DNA of 64,000 nt from Phoronis australis (taxonomy: Eukaryota > Animalia > Phoronida). The notes under the pieces were generated by a model. The model searched no databases. It was not told the DNA's origin and saw only the letters and a list, made by a program, of their open reading frames with translations. Location: NCBI GenBank assembly GCA_002633005.1, contig NMRA01000240.1, positions 220,415 to 284,414 on the forward strand. Direction: 5' to 3'. Position numbers and translations under genes: made by a program. This document shows positions 13,301-27,274 of the stretch, piece by piece. The number at the start of each line of letters is the position of its first letter. The stretch's first letter is position 1.

Positions 13301-14326
13301 GTTTGGTGGCCGGGAATGCACCGGGACATGGAGAAAGTGGTGCTTAAATGTCGTGGTTGCCAAATGGTAGCGCAACCATCTAGTCCGGAACCCATGAAAC
13401 GCAACAGTTTGCCAACATCACCGTGGCAACACACAGCAGCAGACTTACTGGTCCCGATGCCAAGCGGGGAGTACATCCTCGCAATTGTCGATTATTATAG
13501 TCGATATTATGAAATCGACATTTTGAAGTCGATAACGTCGGAAAGTGTTATCAAAAGTTTTGAGAAGGTGTTTTCAATGTTTGGTTACCCGGTGTCGGTA
13601 AAAACGGACAATGGGCGTCAGTTTATATCTGAACAATTTAAGGCCTATTTGAAGGAATCCAACATTGAACATCGCGTCAGCCCTCCGTTAGGGCCGCAGG
13701 CAAATGGGGAGATCGAAAGACTGAACTTAACAATGTTGAAATCGATGCAAATAGCGCATGCTGAAGATAAAGTGTGGCAAAGAGAAATATACAAGTCTGT
13801 TTTTGCATACCGCACCACACCTCATCAAGTCACTGGTGTGACTCCGGCGAAGCTTATGTTTGGTCGTGAATTGCGATCAAAGTTGCCGGAACTTCGAAGT
13901 GACACGCGTAACGATTTAACGGTTCGTGATCGCGACAGCGAGGCGAATCAACGAGGGAAGGACTACGCTGATAGTAAGAGACATGCGAAGGAAATCGATA
14001 TTCAGTTAGGAGATACTGTTCTTTTGGAACAGAGGAAACAGGATAAACTTAGTACACGGTTTGGTCCGGATCCTTGTGTTGCGGTGGACAAAAACCCAGG
14101 AAGCGTGACGATCGAGTCGGATGGAGGAAATCGATACACGCGTAACACAAAACATTTAAAGAAATTGGAAGAACCATCGGAGCCGGATGATGTCACGGAT
14201 GAATATGTGAACCTCCGCCCGAAACTCCCAATCCTGGACTCTCGAGGACTAGATCCGGCCGGGTTAGCAAACTACCTGCACGATTCAAAGACTTTGAAAT
14301 GTAATAAATTGTTATATAATCCATAG
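10355..14326 (+). pseudogene. Gypsy gag-pol, disrupted by stops and frameshifts
   Basis: Gag 10355-10963; two CCHC knuckles (CFRCGQLGH..., CDKCNLKGHFSNVC); protease LIDSG; RT (PWVSPLVVIPK, FSKLDLKSGFHQ, MSDDL); RNaseH (DASPIGLGAILSQ); integrase (H..H/WWPGM/CxxC, TDNG, NGEIER). Split across several ORFs. Confidence 0.95.
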
Positions 14327-14485
14327 GACATTTATAGAAAACTTTATATTAGTTTGCTATTTTCTTCGTAGTGCATAGGTATTGGAAAGTTAACTCCATT
14401 GTTTCCTCAGTTTTGAACTTGGACTCATGTTTTAAAGGACGTTTAATTCATTTGGTGTGGTTATTATTTAGAGAAAAGGAGGAGT

Positions 14486-14598
14486 TGTAGTGTTGTGGCT
14501 ACTCACTGTGTGGCGCAGGAGTAGTGGTATCCAAGATGGCAAATAAAGTAGTTCAATCTGGTATTTTAATCGGTCTATTAAGTAGATAAAACAGTACA
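14486..14598 (+). repeat. Gypsy 3' LTR (113 bp)
   Basis: Preceded by polypurine tract 14470-14484. Confidence 0.95.
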
Positions 14599-16032
14599 GT
14601 TTGTGTTACGGTACCAACTGTAAACAATGAATATGGTATGTACAGATCTTCGGATTTGACAAGGCAGTTTCTAGGTTCACCGAGGAATATTTTGTAAGCT
14701 TAACCAACATTTTTCTCCTGTTCAATTTTATATTGAATTGCTAATACCGACTTCTTTCTAGTCGTAATAACCATTGCAAGGACAGACAGAACAATACAGG
14801 CGATTCACTGTGTAATCCTGAACGACCATAATGCCATACATATTTTACAGCGGCTAACTTGAGGACTGTTGTAGTCTTCAACAGTGCACTGAAGTTACTT
14901 GCTACAAAACGCAAAAATACAGAACAAAGTGAATACTCAAGGGCAAAGAAAATATATGTTTACATCAATAATGGCAATGATATGGCCTTGAGACGGAAAA
15001 CAATTATTTCTGAGTGTTTGTTCTGCAATCACAAAGGAAAAGTTCAAGCCCTAAGTATAGATGTGTCCATAAAAGTGCTCGTATTTGGCTTAGACGTAGA
15101 TGTCCTGTTTTTTATCCTACGTAACAATCCTATGTTTCAATATCTCTTCTTTACAGTAATACACACTATGTTACGTTAAGTTTTACTTTCTGAAGAAAAG
15201 AGTTCATTTCTAATTCTTCATGTAAAGTCTCCACAGTACCTTTCAACAGTACGTGATTGATGTTTGTCATTTTTATCTTTATCTGAAAATTTCCGTAACA
15301 CAGTTGAAGTAATTAGTTTATTGCATTTCCAAATTGTGACTGCATTTTGACTTTTACTGAAGAATTTAATTGTATCCAATTAACTACAATATATAAAGAT
15401 AACAATTTTGGATGAAAACGTGTCTAAAATACGCATAGCAACTATGGGGACCGATATTGCAAAACCTTTGTATTTATAGCGAACAAATCTTTTGAAAATC
15501 ATTTCCCTACTGGTTTACCAGTCATTTGTATACCTTCTCTGGTTCATTTCCTGTTTTAGATTGCCATTACAACTTGATTTTGGAAACACTCTGATTTTAG
15601 CATTAAAATACATTTAAACCAGTCAGGCATGCGATATAATAATTACTTATCAATTAAGATATTTATCCATTGACCCTTGTATAATGATTAAGAACTGGTC
15701 AGGGACATTCTAATGAAATGGCTCTTATGCAATTCGGTTGAAAAACGGCGGTGATGCGAAAAGTTTTAGTTACTGTAAATTCCATAGGAAGGGCCAACAC
15801 CGGAACAAACGAATGCTAACAGATGCCATGCATGCGTGGCGCAACCTCAGCAGTGCGAGATCAAAGTTGGCATTACAGGGCTAGAGTTCTATGACCTACA
15901 GAATATGTTCGTGAATCGAATGAAACCGACTTCGCCCTTGTTTAAATATCAGTGTAACAATTCAGAGTTATATACGTTTAACAATCATTTATTCTGAGTC
16001 GTAAGTATGTGAGAAAGTGACTACAATTTTAG

Positions 16033-16167
16033 GTGACAAGGAACTACCGTGCCAAAAAGAATACTTTAGAGGCACCAATTGTGCCCATCAGCCAAACAGC
16101 AAGTGTGTGAACCACGAATGTGTATGCGTGACCGGCTACACTCTAACTGCTGAAGGAAAGTGCGACG
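16033..16167 (+). CDS. Multi-EGF/EB gene, module exon 4 (DKELPCQKEYFRGTNCAHQPNSKCVNHECVCVTGYTLTAEGKCD)
   Basis: Acceptor attttag and donor gtaggt; 135 nt, phase 1-1, 6 Cys. Confidence 0.9.
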
Positions 16168-17139
16168 GTAGGTTACTAAGTTTTGAGATTGGCGGGCAAG
16201 CAGCAGACAGTTTTCGAAAACCGGAGCTTCTGAGTTCCTAATCAGGAATCCATAAAATTTCGAAGATTTGAAAAAGCTGAGATATCCACTGGTGTAACGA
16301 AAGTAAGCTGTGGTCATTGCCAACAAAGCAGACTTCGCTAAAATAAGTCAATTCAACTTTAAATTAAACTTTAAAATTGTCGTAAGTCTGTTTCACGAAA
16401 CTGAGTTTAAAACTTCGTCAAAATTCTCAACTGAGCAATTATCGAAAGTCTGTCTTCTCGGAGCAATTTTCTGCAGAAATGGCAAGCTAGTCAAACATAC
16501 AGGTATACCGTATACATATGTATAGAAAACTTCCTGAATATGCGCCAAAGATTAAAATTGGAAAATGGTTGGACTTTAATATTGTGCTGTTGTTTTTGAT
16601 ATTTGGTTTCCATACAATGTTTATTTTTGAGAAAAAAACGGCCCACAGGCTTGTCTGCGGAAACTTAGGAACCACATCGAAATTTTTACTTTTGATGTTC
16701 GAATAGTGTTTATGAAACATGAAACGCTCAGGTTAAAGATATTGGAGTCTTCGACGATGGCTTTTATGTTGAATTATCAGCTCACGATGGTGCACTTTAC
16801 GCTGTCTCGCTTCCCCACTGTGCGAATGCTTCGACACCATTGCTTTTGACTAGAGTCTATAACTCGGTATCATTTATTTCTGCCTTGTGATGAGACCCGA
16901 ACAGAATCGAAACTTGGCTGCCATTAATTTGTCTAAATTATTGTTGCGCTGCGAGCGGCTGTCAAAGTTACAGATACTACTACGTTAATTTCATTAAAAA
17001 ATATTTATCGTATAAAATGGTTTGTCCAACACGTTTTTGTCTTAGTCATTTAAAATGAAAGCTATTACTACACAGGCTTACATCAAGCTACCTTTTATTT
17101 ACCATCGCCCTCCCTCACTTGATTCCTTTTACTCCACAG

Positions 17140-17262
17140 TTTACAGTAAAGTCCCATGTGAGCTTGGCGGGACGTATTGTGTTCAAAACTCCGAGTGTAA
17201 AGAAAAGAAGTGCAAATGTAAAGAAGGTTTTTTGCACGAACAGACGACTGGTCTCTGTGAAG
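17140..17262 (+). CDS. Multi-EGF/EB gene, module exon 5 (YSKVPCELGGTYCVQNSECKEKKCKCKEGFLHEQTTGLCE)
   Basis: Polypyrimidine tract with ccacag acceptor and donor gtaact; 123 nt, phase 1-1, 6 Cys. Confidence 0.9.
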
Positions 17263-17954
17263 GTAACTGCAAATAATTTCTTTATACAACTGGCCATTCA
17301 ATAACCTGGAGCAGGCTGCACCAAGCTGGTTTCGTGAACACCACATACATCTTCTATCAAGTTACAGTAGAGAGGTTACCAAAAATCCGTGTACGGCGTA
17401 GGTTTGGTACGTGTACGTGTAACTATTGTCGTTATACCTTAGTTACAAGAAGAACATTTCAACTTATACATGTGCGTATGCTGTAACCAAGGAGACCGGG
17501 ACACGTACTTGTACCACTTGTAGCTTAAGGTGGCAGAACTATAATGGACGAAGCTTGAAACCAGACCTGCGTTCCTTAGACACAAGAAACTTGAGTAACC
17601 ACGACATCACGCAAGTTTTCAGGAGATTTCGTCGCCATGCAATGCACGCAAAGTACCTGATTATGAAAATAGCTTTCTCGCGATTGTCCTGGGTCTACGG
17701 AACCCAACTCGTGACACCGGTGTATCTAGGAGATACTGGAAAACCGCCTCTGGCGGCATTAAAGCAAAAGCAGCAATACCTGAGAGAAGGTGCGGCACAC
17801 ATGGCGAGACAGCACATAAAATTGGGGCAAGTTTGGCGAATTTGAATAGTTGAACATGTCCGTCCCCCAACGCTGGATTGAAGTTACTTAGTGTGATGCG
17901 GTACGGCATAAGAATTATATACCAGTATAGTCAACCACCTAGCTTACCGTAAGA

Positions 17955-17957
<3 letters not shown>

Positions 17958-18008
<51 letters not shown>

Positions 18009-18027
18009 NGTGTGTGTGTGTGTGTGT
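17958..18027. repeat. (GT)n microsatellite
   Basis: About 35 GT units; one ambiguous base (n) at 18009. Confidence 0.97.
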
Positions 18028-18246
18028 TTGTGACTATATAATCACGTGTTCCCGGCTCTGAACTTTTTTATTCTCTTTTCACTTGCCTATCCATCTTCGT
18101 CTTGCCACAGTTTCAATTTGCAGTTTTTCAAAACAGGTCCCTGCAAACATCTGTTTTGAAATGCAAGTGTTTCTGAGACAAATTCGTGGAAACTAAACGT
18201 GCAAAAAAGAAAAAAAAGGATTTAAAAGCATATGATGTCATTGCAG

Positions 18247-18363
18247 CCCTGTCGGATGTGTCCTGTGTTCGGGGCGGTACGTACTGTGAGAAGCACTCAA
18301 CGTGTTTTGAAAACGCGTGCAAGTGTAAGGATGGTTACCTGAATATCGGCGGAGAATGTCGGG
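18247..18363 (+). CDS. Multi-EGF/EB gene, module exon 6 (LSDVSCVRGGTYCEKHSTCFENACKCKDGYLNIGGECR)
   Basis: Acceptor ttgcag and donor gtaggt; 117 nt, phase 1-1, 6 Cys; shares CxxGGTYC with exon 5. Confidence 0.9.
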
Positions 18364-21198
18364 GTAGGTCGTATTTAAGAGGCATGGAACGCGAGAACTC
18401 GGCAAAATATCCTTTAAACAATTACTGACGAAAGTACCATCTCGCAACGTCTAGTACAGAATAAATCACTTTCCCCTGTGAGGAAATTTCCAAAAAAATG
18501 TGAAATTCACGATTTTCAAATGAAAAACTCTGTGGTTACCACATAGTTTCTAATCGCCCTCCCACTTAAGATAAATGCCTTCACAGTCTGTTGCTTGAAG
18601 TAGTATGAGGTCAAAGGTCACATTTTTTCATATAAATGTCATACGCTTCATCTATGTCTTGCCATACCAAATAAGGGGATGTGCTTTACCTCGTGGGAAA
18701 ATCGACCAAGTGGCGAACAGTTGACGGATCGTTTTTTGAAATTTGAAGCTAAGAGAAAATGGTGTGATATCAACAAAAAATAAAAATTCTTTGCGAACAA
18801 AGCCTAAAAATACCAGGTGAGCAGTCTGAATTCTGTTTCAGTGACAAAGCACCACTTTGAGTATTGCAGTTTAGTTTAGTTTGGTTATCGCGCTCCATGC
18901 CTCTTTAAGATGCATATATGTCGAAGCACTCGAGAGCAAAGTTGCACCCATCGTCTCTCCATTTTTTTTTTAATGTTCATAACACATTGACACCAATGTC
19001 GTCAAACTTGTTTACAAGTGACGGCATTTAAAGATTAGTGACGTATTTGAGTACGAGATTTATAGATACAAGATGAACTTTTTCTTAGACAGCAGTTTTC
19101 GTCCAAAAAACTTTGACTATTTACGTGAATGTTTTTATTTTGTTGTTTTTTTGTAAAAACCTGCTGGACACGTTGCCATAGACTTCTTATGAACTAAGCT
19201 ACTTGTGCAGGTTCACTTTACCCTACAAACACTGTTAAGTTGTAGACTTCACACACGATGTCCAAAACACAACTAAACAAACCGTTACCCAATTAACGCT
19301 CTTAGGTAGCTGTTAAAATAAGCCAATAACCGGGTTTCCGAAATAGATTTGGGTAATTTAGAATTAGTAAACTTCCTGATGTTATGGAGAATATTCGAAA
19401 TATCGGTGAATAAGTCCAACATTAAAACTTGCATACAAATTATAAGTTTGAAATTAAAAAACCAGTAATGCCAAACTATTTTTGGGAGACGATAGAACAC
19501 TGGTGCAAGGACACCCGGCTATCCAGCAAGATCCGACCTAGGGAAGGCTCAGCGTTGTCGGAAATGTTCATCCTACCTCGCACGACAGTCCAAGATCAGG
19601 CGTGCGTTCAGTAACGCTAGGGCCTTCGTTAGGACCTAGCTAAAATCTTGCCAAAGTCACGTGTTCTCATTTAAAATACACAGCAGTATCTTACGTCATC
19701 TCACGAAGTCTTGCTTTTTAACGAGGTTCTAGCGTTACTGAACGAGAGGTAGTCAAAAATTCTTGTTCTAGAGAGCCAAGGTTACTTGTTCAGCGTGCTT
19801 TAGCTGATGGTCTCATACACTAACTAAGGAGAGTATATTTTGACACCACTGCCGGTGCCAATTTGCAATTCACAGCAAACAACTGTTAGCGTCAGCGCCT
19901 CCGTTACAGCTAATTCTACCGCGGGTACCAGCGATGGGGCTGGAAGCCAACGGCATTAATCAGCGACTTGTATTAAAATGACACAAACACAACGGATATT
20001 GTTTTGTGGCTTTGGTCAAACTCAGTACCCTCAATAAGTCTATCGTGCTCCACAGTAGTGACAAAGGTGTGCTTCTTTGTGCCTAAATCTGTTTGCGTCT
20101 CGTTAAACGTGAAGTATTGAGATACTCAGACAGACATCTCACACCAAAGTGCTCTGCTATTTGTCGATTCTTTCCGTTCCTCGTCATCAATTTCAAATGA
20201 CTGGAGTCGCACGATATTAGAATGTTTAGTTTGAGGCTGCTGTGCGTTTTTCATGTGTTCGTACTGACCAAGAAGGTGGAGTTCGGTTGTAACAATAATA
20301 GTCTGTATGTATAGGTAATGCAGAACATCTACGTCCGGTGTTAAATAGAATACTGAGCTGGGTTGGGTTGGGCTGGGCTGGGCTGAGCTGAATTTCGCGG
20401 TGTAGCGATGTTCCAAGATAGTGAAGGAAGAATTACTACTGTCACATTTCTTGAGGATTGATTTGTCTCGCTGAAATTAATACGAGTTCACAAATTATGT
20501 TACAGCTTTTGAGAATATAAATCATAAAATCCCCATTTCTTTTAGACAATGTACATAATTTTTAAAATTAAATCCTGATAAGAATTTTGGAGGACAACGC
20601 TCAAGGTATTGTGTGCAAATAAATCCGGTCACCATTTTGAGATATGATGCTAAGAAGTGAGATATATTGGGACATTTTTTAATGTCCTAAACAACATATA
20701 ATGCTTAAGGGAAAAGGCAACATTTTTCATGTCATTTTAGTAAAATAAACTTCGTTGATTGTTCCAGACATATGTTTCAGTTAATTACGGCTTCTTGTAA
20801 TTTTGTAAGTAGTCGTGCCCTATTCCGGAAGTGACATTTAGGAGGCTAAGAATCCCCCCCTCATTTTGAGTTTTGCACTAACTGTGAGGATCTGTTTTAC
20901 TGTTGTTTTCGTGCTTTTTACTTAAATTGTCTTCACCACTTGTCATCGACGAGTATTCTACAACACGCTCGGTTGTAAGAGAACTCAGTTACGTTGGATT
21001 AAGCGATCGTTTAGTTTGAGGTAGCCTGGAAATTGACCTATCGCCAGGATTATGACGGACGGCTTAACTGACCAATGAGAACGCATGATTCTTGGCACTA
21101 CTTCGTCTGCGTTTCCAAGCTGCCATTTTACCCGACAAACCACACGTAGTCGAGTAGAACTTACTTTAGTCTATAGCTCAAGAAATTGTCCGCTAAGA

Positions 21199-21400
21199 AT
21201 GGGGAAACGGAGTTGATATGGCGTGTGTAGCACCGACAGCCGTTATGCTGCTCCAGAATAATATCCCGTCATTTTTTGGCATGTCCTAAGCCGAAAAATG
21301 ATTTTGAAAAGCATAAACTATGGATCAAACTGTACGGCCACACGAGCAGCTGAACTTAGCGATGTTGCTTGATAACTCGAAGGCTATAATATACACAAAT
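21199..21400 (+). pseudogene. THAP zinc-finger remnant of a different DNA transposon type
   Basis: MGKRS*YGVCSTDSRY...PKPKNDFEKHKLWIKLYG/HEQLNL resembles the CxxGxCxSDSRY...FPKPK...WIKLCGRPH THAP variant; has stops and frameshifts. Confidence 0.55.
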
Positions 21401-22075
21401 ATATTAGTTCCAAGATACGCACTTTTCAGCTTGGTGGCTATGGTGCAGGGCTATCTCAAATTTTGACTTCCGGGTTTCCTATGTCTGGCCGCATTTGTCT
21501 CTGGCGGCACCTGCTGGATCTCAGCACTCTAACGGTAGTCCCCGAAAATTGTTGTTCTCAAGGGCATTTTTATTTCAACCTAATGGACATTATTTTGTTT
21601 CGTATCAGAGGTACATTTTTGTTATTGACAAACCATAGGCTGGCGTTCAACTGAACTTCTCTCTCGGTCAAAATTCAGAGATTCGATCGGCACAGGGAAG
21701 GGCACTGGATTACTGCCGGAACTCAAAGCCTTGGTCGAGCTGTTGTCACTAAAAATAAATTGTTGAATTACTTTTTGACGTGTACCTCTAGTATACACTA
21801 TGTCTGTAGAGTTAGAGAGAGCTCATTTTGAAGTTGTTCAAACATGATATTTAGAATTATGAAGCTTTAAAAAAGAATTTGAGTTACTTTTGTAAATACC
21901 TATTTTTGCAACTACCACACCAGACTTGTAATCTTTTGTAACCATATCACGACTTAGTGATCGTGTTACCTTAAATTAAATAAAAGCTACCTTAATGGAA
22001 TGAAACTACAAAAAATGTCAAGTTCATAAGCAGGTAGGCCTAATTTAAATGTCTTTATGTTGAAACGAATAATTC

Positions 22076-22398
22076 CATAGGCGGATTTAGGGGGGCTGCC
22101 CCCCCCTCCCCTTGGCTGCCGCAAGCAAAATAAAACAGCAAGAGCGTGAAGCGTGAGGAAACATTGAGTTCAGTAAATAGGACCGGTAGCAGAAGAGGAG
22201 GGCTCAGACCCCAGATCGCAGCGGAATTGTGATCCTGTTTTTTTTAGTCCACTGATAGATTTTCTGAGCCGAGGTCCAAAGGTCTATATCCCTGGCCCCG
22301 CAACTGTCGGGCCGCCTGTGCACCTACAATCGCACTTTGCCCAATTCCACGAGGCAACATATGTTGGGCCCCCCTGTGGTATCCTAGATCCGCCACTG
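22076..22398. mobile_element. MITE with hAT-like TIRs and a 5-bp TSD
   Basis: CATAGGCGGATTTAGG...CCTAGATCCGCCACTG, flanked by AATTC on both sides. Confidence 0.75.
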
Positions 22399-23170
22399 AA
22401 TTCCAGACATTAGTTTGACTTAGACACAGGCCCTAGACCTACCGGAGCTAGTTGTTTGCCTAGGACAAGATGAGTGTGTACCTGAGCTATGAACCTGATT
22501 TTTTTTATCAAAAAAATTCGTTACAAGATTAGACAAGCGTAAACAGTGATATCGAGTCGACCTAGTCACAGACTATAGTGCATGTGTTGTCTGTAATCTA
22601 TGACCTACTTTACTCCAGGAGTTCCACCAAGGTGACCTACTTTTCATTTGGCGTAATTTAGTAGACGACAGAATAAAAATATCGGTGAATCTTAACTAAT
22701 TTTATTCGAAAGATCATGAAATCTATGGAATCGTACAGATAATTCGACATACCCAGCTTTACATGAACATATCGTATCAGTGGCCTTGTCATTTGTCAGG
22801 TGAAGGTGGCCCCAAAACCGAGGGGTTCTTCGGATTTTCGCTGGCTCCTCGAGCACTTATTTTTCATCGTCACCTTTACAAATTCCCATATCATGAACGT
22901 ACGATTCTCTGTTGAAAAGCATCGCCTCTTGTTTCTGTCGAAGCGTTTTCAAATAGTGCAAAAACACTCATCGATTCCACCAGGAACGTCGTTTAGCGCC
23001 AGTGTATTTGCCTCTAACATCTCTTTCGAATGTCGGGTATCACGTGAGTTTTCGCATAGGGGCGGAGCTTGCGATAGGTCAATTGCTGGAGTCAGCGGCC
23101 CATATAACAGACACAGTGACGTGGGTGACGGAGACAGAGTTTATAACAGTGGTGGCGAGGATTTTTTCAC

Positions 23171-23362
23171 GAACAGTCAGCCGATGGGTATGTGTTTGAG
23201 TCCGAGTATAGTGAGGCAGAATACGCAAAGTCAGATACTGAGAGGATTGAGGCAGAGACTGGACACAGACGTGGTAGGACGTCTTGGCCCAAATGCACGG
23301 TGTGCACTGTTATATTGACCTCAATGGAATGCCTATGCTGTTCTAACTGGATGATTGCTTGA
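23171..23362 (+). pseudogene. KolX (Kolobok accessory protein, P2X7 C-terminal Cys-domain-like) remnant
   Basis: Hand translation EQSADGYVFESEYSEAE...RRGRTSWPKCTVCTVILTSMECLCCSNW matches the YxFEPEY...WCxCxxCxxMxTxxECxCC pattern. Confidence 0.7.
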
Positions 23363-23433
23363 ACAAATACCCCGCTAACATACTGCCATGTCACTCCATC
23401 GCCATACACCTGTCATCTTCTAAAAATCTAAAA

Positions 23434-26400
23434 TAGTCTAGACGCATTTCCTGAAAAGAGCCCTGTATAAGGTTCTATAAGCTTTTTTTAGTAAAAGTTG
23501 GGAACAAGACTTTTTCGCACAATCAAGGCATGGCGAATTCAACTAACCCTGTTCCCAAGCCGAATTTTGCACTGTTGACCATCTAATTAGTATAAACAAA
23601 ATGGCGGCCAAATTGTCAAGTTCAGGTAAGAGATCACTTATGAAAACTAAAAAATGCAACTCTAAAAACTAATTATGCAAATTAGGTGCCGCCATTACCA
23701 TACAATGTAATTTGCGTCTTAAGTTTGTGCTCCTGCAGGATAACTTGAAAAATGAGGTGTTAATACTTATATTTTCATGGTCAACAAACATGCTAAAGAC
23801 ATTTTTGGAGCAATTTATTTCATATTTATTGGGTTATAGATGTATACTTTCAGAATGTGGCAAAAATAGTCGTTAATCTGTAATGCTCGTTAAGCAAGGT
23901 GACACTATTTTGACGGAATATAAGGACAAATGTTCACACTATCCCGTTATCTTCCATTCACAAAAACAGTTTTAGTTATTGTTATTGAAGGCATTAGATT
24001 CTCTGTTGCATGAATTGTTTTCAGGCCTGTTGAACACAGTTTTAGCATTCACTTTTTGGTACTTTTTAACATGCCTGAAGAAAGGCATATGAAACTGTTT
24101 GCAAACAAGGATTCTGATCATGAATGTGCTGCTGGCATGTGCATAATGATATGCATCGTCCAGATTTCTTGCGTTTGCACTGTCTACTGTTGCGCTGTTT
24201 CTGGCATGCACACAATACCATCTCTAGGCAGTTATCTGGGATTTTACTCTGTGTCATCAGCATGGGCAGCAAGCATACGTTTGTGTGTGTCCCTCCCATA
24301 TCAGAGGGTGCTGGGAGCTCAGGTATGGAACAATTATCATTTTGCCATACCTTGACCTGATAGTGCACTATAATCATATGGAAACGGAGGGCATTATGCG
24401 TTGGGGGAAGGACTTCTGGGTTCACGCGCTTGGAGAATAATAAATGGCGTGCTACATCTACAGGTCTGTTCTGGTCGTGTTGCATATTTTGCAGACAAAT
24501 ACTTCTGAAGCCATCGTAATTTTCTCAGTGAGTTCACCAAATGCAGAGGTTCTTAAGCAATCTGTTATGCTCTAGGAACACCTTCCATGATGATTGTTTC
24601 ATGTGATTGGCAAAGTACGAGTTGGTGCTAAACCCGGTCACGGCATGAAAAGCAAACAAGGATGTTGCTGAGTCTCGTAGTACTTTGTTGAAAAGTGCTT
24701 CAATAGGTATATATGACATCAGACAGAAACGCTCACAATGCATTTGTTGGAAGTGCGATACCAGAAGCAGTAGAACATTGGGTGTCCCTGGAAAACACGG
24801 ATGACTGTGGACAGCATGCAGTACCAGTCTTACATCTGCTTCTTCATGTGTGAATTTCAGAGTACTCAAATCAGTCATATCTATAGATGATTTAATTGAC
24901 TTCCAGCTCACCTTTGAACCTCCTGCAAACATAACATCTTTATCTTCAGGTGTCTACAAACACAGTTCATCTGACAAGAAATATGTTAGGTCTGCTTTCT
25001 TCTCAGCCAGTGTCCGAAAATTTTACCAGTTTTGAGGAAGAGGTACATCACGGCCTTCCAAAAATCACCCGAATTGCCGTGATCCTTTACTGAGCTGTTT
25101 TCTTCTTGTGCCCTTCATAGTTTCTTGTCTGTATATGTCAAATACAATATCAATTCTATGATATCGAAATCCTGTGTGTTTAGCACTGTTTTCATGAATG
25201 AATCAGCCAGATTTTCGAAGGTCACATCACCATCAGGCTTCCCAAGAGTTACCAGCAATGCTTCGATATCAATAATGAGGTAAGCGGACGTGTCATGAAG
25301 CTGAATCGTTTCAGGACAGTCGATGTGATAGCTATTAATACTTCGACAGATGAAGATTTATATCCAGTGCGCAATGTACCACTCGTTTCTGCAAGACAAC
25401 ATGGACTGGAAGAAGCTCGCGTTTGAGCACAGGCGGCAAGTCAACTGGCCGACCCGCCTCATAAGCCGTAGCTAGACTGCGGAGTACATCCCTGTCTGCC
25501 TTAAGAACTATTTTCTTATCTTTATCTTTGGTTTGTTTCACCACATCATATAAGTTGACAAATGTTGGGGCATTATTTTTGCGCATAGGTGCAGGAATTG
25601 ACATGTCTGAATTATCGCATTGCTCAATGATAATCTGTTTCAAATTTCTTAATTTGTTCGTGTCCAAGTTCCTTGATATGCAAAAGTGACTCTTGGATTG
25701 GTGCTGTTGCTAGGTCTTTTGTTCCAAGGGTTTGTAGCAGCCAAGGCCTTGCGGACGAGAAAGCCTTCAATCCATGGAAAGTGTAAAGAAGGGAACTCTT
25801 GACAGTTTCCTGGCTATCGTGGCTTCGTTGTGAAACTATGTACTCCCACAGCGGTAAGTTTGTTCAGCTATATGTTATCTCAGATGCAATGAGAGTGTCC
25901 ACCTCCATAGAGCTGACGTGGTTTTGGTATTACCGATGATGCCACCTCCGTTTTGCCTGCCCCATTTACCCATTGGTCAGAATCTACCTGACAGAGCATA
26001 TGAGGAGATCGCTTGACTACAAAATTTCCTGCTTGAACCTCTGACCCTACTTGGGCATAATTCGGTGGGGCAGAATGAGAGTAAATGAATGGAGATGCAG
26101 TTCCCAAATGCCATCCCGTTGAGAGCATGTGTACTTTAACAATCTTGGAAGCTGAAATTCACATCATCAGACCTACTGTTGACAAAATGCCCAGGAGTTT
26201 CCTGAACTTATCCTGACTGAGAAATGTTATCAATTCCGGAATTTTCTGTGGATCATCATCTGCAGACATACTGGAAATACAAGCATGACAGTCGCTTCTG
26301 CAATGAACGAGAGAAGGCTTGGCACCAGGAGATGCCACAGAGCTTGCAAAGACAGTTTGTGTGCCCTCATACTGTAGCTTTGCTGTACGACTTTCCACTG

Positions 26401-27274
26401 AGGACCAGTTCCATAGGTCGTGACCAAGTACTGCACTCTCTATACACACTTCAGCTATTCCGGAATCACTCATGTGATCTTCTGTGGCCTTGTTGAAGTT
26501 CACTGACACATGAAGAACCACTAAACGAGGTACAGTATTAACATATTTTGGTATTTTGGGACCGACCACGTAAGCTCCATTAATCTGCAGCAGAGTGCTT
26601 GGTTGACTTTGAGTACGGTATGTTCCTGTCCAAAATGGGACGATATGGCCATGTATCTCTTTACAACAGCATCTAAAAGTCATGTTGCTATGTTTGCAAT
26701 ACTTTTATGTCTTATCTAAATAGTGAGATGTTCGCAAAAGAGCATTGAAAATTATGATTTCTAATTTAGTTTTCAGGCATTTTAATGAGCATAAATTGTA
26801 ACTTAGTGAAGGTGAAATAAAAAGCTTCACATGTGTCATAATGATATTTCTAGACCTTCAAAACATATGCATAGACACTATATTTGTCATGTTTGCTTGC
26901 AAATTGATAAAATTCCACCGATATTTGAATTTTTCGGTAAAGGTGGAAGTTAATTAGCATACTTGTGAAATTTTATGACGTTCATTAATATGTTCTCAAA
27001 ATTAATTGATCTAAGCACACTTATACTATGTTTTTGTAGCACAAATTTCCTAAGTTCGTCACATGTTGTACTCCTGGTCCCACGAATGTTTCTTATATTG
27101 TTGGTTTGGCGGCCATTTTGTTTATGCAAATTAGATGGTCAAAAACTCAATACCCAGCTTGGGAACAGGCATAATCGGAATCAGCACACCATAATTATGC
27201 TTAAAAGATAGGTTCTCCACTTTTACTAAAAAATGCCTATAACATGCACATTTTCCAGAAATGCGTCTAGACTA
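23434..27274 (-). mobile_element. Academ DNA transposon (decayed) nested in the Kolobok
   Basis: TIRs TAGTCTAGACGCATTTC / GAAATGCGTCTAGACTA (imperfect to about 170 bp); AAA TSD; minus-strand fragments HEEADVRLVLHAVH, FHAVTG, LPPTHNALRFH...YQVKVW and a C-terminal CXC-like Cys cluster. Confidence 0.85.

Larger units (their letters stand above)
10155..14598 (+). mobile_element. Full-length decayed Ty3/Gypsy LTR retrotransposon (Mag-like, short LTRs)
   Basis: LTRs 10155-10282 and 14486-14598 (TGTAG...TACA); PBS; PPT agagaaaaggaggag; gag-PR-RT-RNaseH-IN order. Confidence 0.95.

Noticed and set aside
22800-23318. 172-aa ORF as a real gene
   Set aside because: No recognisable motifs; it lies inside the Kolobok, and the meaningful KolX signal is in another frame.
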